From Intoshia linei (Eukaryota; Animalia; Orthonectida), in the NCBI GenBank assembly GCA_001642005.1, contig LWCA01000213.1, forward strand, positions 1-39,730: a stretch of 39,730 bases of DNA, in the 5' to 3' direction. Below, piece after piece: positions 35,665 through 39,730 of the stretch. The notes beneath the pieces are model-generated. The model made no database searches and was not told the DNA's origin. It worked only from the letters and a program-made list of their open reading frames with translations. The stretch's first letter is position 1. The number at the start of each line of letters is the position of its first letter. The position numbers were made by a program, and so were the translations under genes.

Positions 35665-37193
35665 CTATAGACTCTATACTATAAAACAGAGATGCCCAAT
35701 CCGTCCATCGCAAAAATTAGAATTAATTTTTTATGTTAATAATAATCGTTATTAAAATGATATCTATGTTAATATTGATATATATATAATTATTAATTAA
35801 TATTAATTATTTTTAAAATTTGTACACATTTCCATAAATGCGATGTAATTTGTTTAAATCGTTATCTAATAAATACATTAGTCCACTATTTCTTAAACTA
35901 GGTTTTCCGATAATTTTCAAATATACTGCAAAAGTGCTTGGAATTATTTCAAATTTAAATTTTTTATGTTTTCGACGATCACACTAAAAATATTTAAATA
36001 AACATTTTTATTGGATTCCGCAAAACGATTTTTTTAAAATAGATTCCCAAAATTTTTGCACTATGGACCACTTGTTACACAAAAAAATTCCTTTAATCCT
36101 GAACACTTTATTAACATAATATTTTTATTATATATTTCTCCTTAAATCGAAAATTTTACATTAATTTTGACGATAGCTTTAATGGTGTAATTAAAAAAAT
36201 TATTAATTTCAAACATACTTATGGCGAACTATTCAGTGCTTAATCTACTGTATATGAGATCCTTTTTTACTGAGGGATCTCGACGAAATTTCTTTTAAAA
36301 TGGAGGTTTTAATTTACTAAATTGAGCATTAAAAAAATTCTTGAATATAGACTAATGTGAGTGTTAAATTTAAAATTTCAACTCAAGAGTCTTAGAAATG
36401 TGGATAGAAATGGTTATATGACATTATTATAATTCGTTTATAAAATTTTATAAGGGGCCGTCTTTCATTGTTGAATGGCGACAAGCTTGCAAGACAAGTC
36501 GAATCTATTTTTATTTAAAATTGGTTGTTTTCACAACCGTAAAAATGTATTTAATACGTCATTATAGAATTCCCCCGCACGGAATAATTTAGTAAAAGGC
36601 GAAATTGTTACGCGATTATTGCGGTGAAATTAGACTTAATTTTTATTTTTTAAAAACGCTTATATTAGATATTTTTCATTTTTATTTATTGTTTTAAATT
36701 TTTTATAATTTATGAGCAAGGTGGGTCGAATTTAGAAACGCTATAAAATTAAAGTGAATTATTAATATTTATAATAAAATTAGGTATAAAACCATGCCAT
36801 TATTTCAAAAAAAATATATCAAAATATTTAACATAAATTAACATAATATTGTCAACTTTATTGGTTCAATAGCTTACTTAGACTAAGTAATATATATATA
36901 CTAAGTCTTAGTGTGTCCACATTTTATAAGTACAAAATAAATACTTTTCGAGATGTCTTAGAAACAAAAATAACATTAATATTGGAATTAAAAGTACTAA
37001 CAATTTAAGATTTTCAATAATTTATGTTAACAATTTAAATATAAAATGTAAATGTTAATTTTATTCATATTCATCATTGGAAATTATTTTTTTACATATT
37101 CCACTAAAATTTTCCAAATGTTTGTCAATTTCGTTATACATTATTTACAATCAATAAAACTCTTTTTACAATTTAATAATTATATTTATTTTA

Positions 37194-37887
37194 TCCTAAC
37201 TTATATAAAATGCGACGCAATTTTTGTTTGTGTGTCTGTCTGTGTGTGTTACTTTTTTGAAATAACTAGCACTCTTAGATTTTTTAAAGAACACATTTCA
37301 ATTACAGTTTTTTCTGGGGCGTATAATAAAATAAATTTTAACCTCTCAATTTCACATCTTAAGGGTCAAAAACCCCTGTTGTCCTTCTTTTTGAAAATTA
37401 AACGAGTTGGCGAATTTAAAAAAGTTATATCTTCAGGGCAAAATCACAAATTACCCTTCCTTTTTTTTGAAAAAAGCCCTAAAATTACAATAAATTTACA
37501 GGTGGTAGAGTTGTATCATGTTAACACACATATAAAATTTCAATCCGAATAAGTGACGACTTCACAGTCAAAAAAGCATTTTAGTATTCATATATTTTTT
37601 TTCCGAAATATTTTATTAAAGCAAAAAATGTCAAATAATTAACGGTCCGAAAATTAAAAAATAGGATTATTCTGATAGAGCTTATTCCAGTTGACATAAA
37701 TACCAAATTTTAACCCCAGAAATCTACGCATTCCCGGTGAAAAATAATTTTTAATATATTATCAACCAATATTTTTCAAATATTTTGATTAAAATCAAAA
37801 ATTGATAATGTATGAATATGTATTGAATAAATGTGCCCTCGGCAAAGCTAGGTGCTGTTTGTACGTAGTACAAAACAGCCAAGCTAG
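37194..37887 (+). mobile_element. Complete non-autonomous Helitron (694 bp)
   Basis: A|TCctaacttatataa 5' end, subterminal hairpin gctgtttgtac-gta-gtacaaaacagc, then CTAG|T 3' end. No TSD and multiple copies in the window. Confidence 0.85.
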
Positions 37888-38283
37888 TATATATATATAT
37901 AATTAAAATTTTAATTTTTTTTGAGTATAATTAAAAAATAATTAATTTTTATTGAGCATAATTAAAAAATATTTAATTTTTATTAATTAATAAATTAAAA
38001 GTGATCAAAATTAAACGATATAAAGTGTGTATTGAATATATATTTGGTTAAACTTCACTTTATTAAGAAAGTTTTAAAATTAAAAGTAAAATATTGACTA
38101 AAATTATCTATGGTATTCACTGTAGTATCTCTATACATACCATTTTGTTAAAGTTATAGAGATACTGATTATCACTTGATAACTCAAGAATCTTTAAATA
38201 ATATAAATATTAATTGTAAATGTTAATTGTATTTTAGCTTAATTAAATAAATAATTATCATATTTATTACAAGATTATTTAAC

Positions 38284-39730
38284 ATGAAGAATTCGAATAC
38301 GAGAATAGAGAATAATTCAACTTTATCAATTTGGAGAATAAATGCAGAGAAAATCGATTTGAGTTGCGAATTACGTGAACCTATTACTATAACGTACAAT
38401 ACTGAAAAGTTCAGCACCGACATATTAATTGATACTGGCTCATCGGTTAATTTAATCAATAGTGAAAATTTATAAAAATTTTCCTTAATTCCAAAACTAT
38501 ACGTCATTAATTAAATTATTAGCGGCAAATGGAACAGTAATAAATCATTTGGGTATAATAGAATTTAAAATTAATAATGCAGTAATTAAATTTTTTATTG
38601 CCAAATGTAAATCAAATATACTAGGTCTTAGAGATAGTTTAAAATTGAAATTTATATGTCTTCCGGTTAATATTATTAATCCTGATGAAAGTTCAACGGA
38701 TGATAAAATAAACTATGTTAATTCGAAATCTTTAAAATAACTCAAGTTTATAAAAATATTTTCAACTCAAAACTTGGTACTATTAAAAATAGTCAACACA
38801 AAATTGAATTAATTGGCGATCATAAAGTCACCAAATGTCCAATATACCCAGTACCTCTCAACCTTCAAATGAGGCAGAACAAATGTTAAAAGATATGATG
38901 AAAGACGGAATAATAGAGAGATGCCCAGGTTCGAGTTATCGTTCTCCTTTTATGTTAATTAAAAAATCAAATGGTATATACAGATTTGTAGTAGACTATC
39001 GTAAACTCAATGGAATTACCAAACCTAATTCTTATTCTACTCCAAATATTAAATTATGTCTATTAAAACTGGCTAGAAAAAAATTATTCACAACTCTAGA
39101 CTTATCATCTGGGTTTTGGCAAATTGCAGTAAATCCAGCAGATAGGCACAAAACAGCATTTGGAACACAATTTGGGAAACATTTATACTAATTTAAAAAA
39201 ATGCCATTTGGCCTAGTTAATCCACCAATGACATATCAAAAGATTATGGATGATTTATTAGGAGATTTGAATAACGTGACCATATATATGGATGATATTA
39301 TCATAACTTCCCCGGACAAAGAAACCCACGAAACTGATTTGGAAAAAGTTTTTCATCGACTCTCGGATGGTGGTGTTCATTTACAACTTAATAAATGTAA
39401 TTTTAATAGTTGTAAATTAAAAATACTTGGAAAAATTATAGATGAGAATGGAATTCGAACTGATCCGGATAAAATCAAAGTTATCAATAAATTAAAAACC
39501 CCAAGCAATCTTAAGCAATTGCGAAGTTTTCTTGGATTTTGTGGTTATCATAGATCATTCATTCGAAACTATGCAGAATTGTGTATCCCATTAACTCGTT
39601 TAACTCAAAAAAAAGTTAAATTGGGGTGGTCAAATGAATGCGAAATAGCTGTGAATAAATTAAAGAATGAACTTATTAATTCATCAACAATGTATATACC
39701 TAATTCTGACGACGAATTTATCCTTGAAAC
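38284..39730 (+). mobile_element. Decayed Ty3/Gypsy LTR-retrotransposon pol (protease-RT-start of RNase H), runs off the window
   Basis: Protease ILIDTGSSVNLI and ILGLRD. RT motifs YRSP, RFVVDYRKLN, LDLSSGFWQI, HKTAF. In-frame TAA at 39189-39191, then MPFGLVN, YMDD, LRSFLGFCGYHRSFIRNYA and FILET. Several frameshifts; no gag or LTR seen upstream. Confidence 0.93.

Noticed and set aside
37052-37552. 166-aa ORF
   Set aside because: F/I/L-rich and mostly within the Helitron; the frame is not kept in the 5991 copy.

Overview
Very AT-rich eukaryotic (metazoan) genomic DNA with many 35-50 nt GT-AG introns and a few large transposon-filled introns. This fits a compact invertebrate genome such as an orthonectid, but the organism is an inference only. 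I spliced the genes by hand from reading-frame phase. Genes: (1) the 3' part of a GPR158/GPR179-type class C GPCR (+, 2943-7691); (2) a convergent PDCD5 homolog (-, 7771-8772); (3) an apparently complete 22-exon integrin beta subunit (+, 13216-30277) with a DxSxT MIDAS, no ADMIDAS aspartates and a short Cys-rich stalk; (4) two tandem paralogous small ORFs or pseudogenes nested antisense in a 5-kb integrin intron; (5) an orphan 127-aa ORF (-); (6) a type I membrane glycoprotein with a SEA-like domain (+, 31397-33779). Mobile DNA: two decayed Tc1/Tc3-type transposons joined tail-to-tail, a multi-copy non-autonomous Helitron family, TA-, TTAA-, 8-bp- and 9-bp-TSD MITEs, and a decayed Ty3/Gypsy pol at the right edge. 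No tRNA, rRNA or CRISPR array was seen. I cannot demonstrate a wholly new system. The best leads are the nested antisense duplicated orphan unit and the atypical integrin beta.
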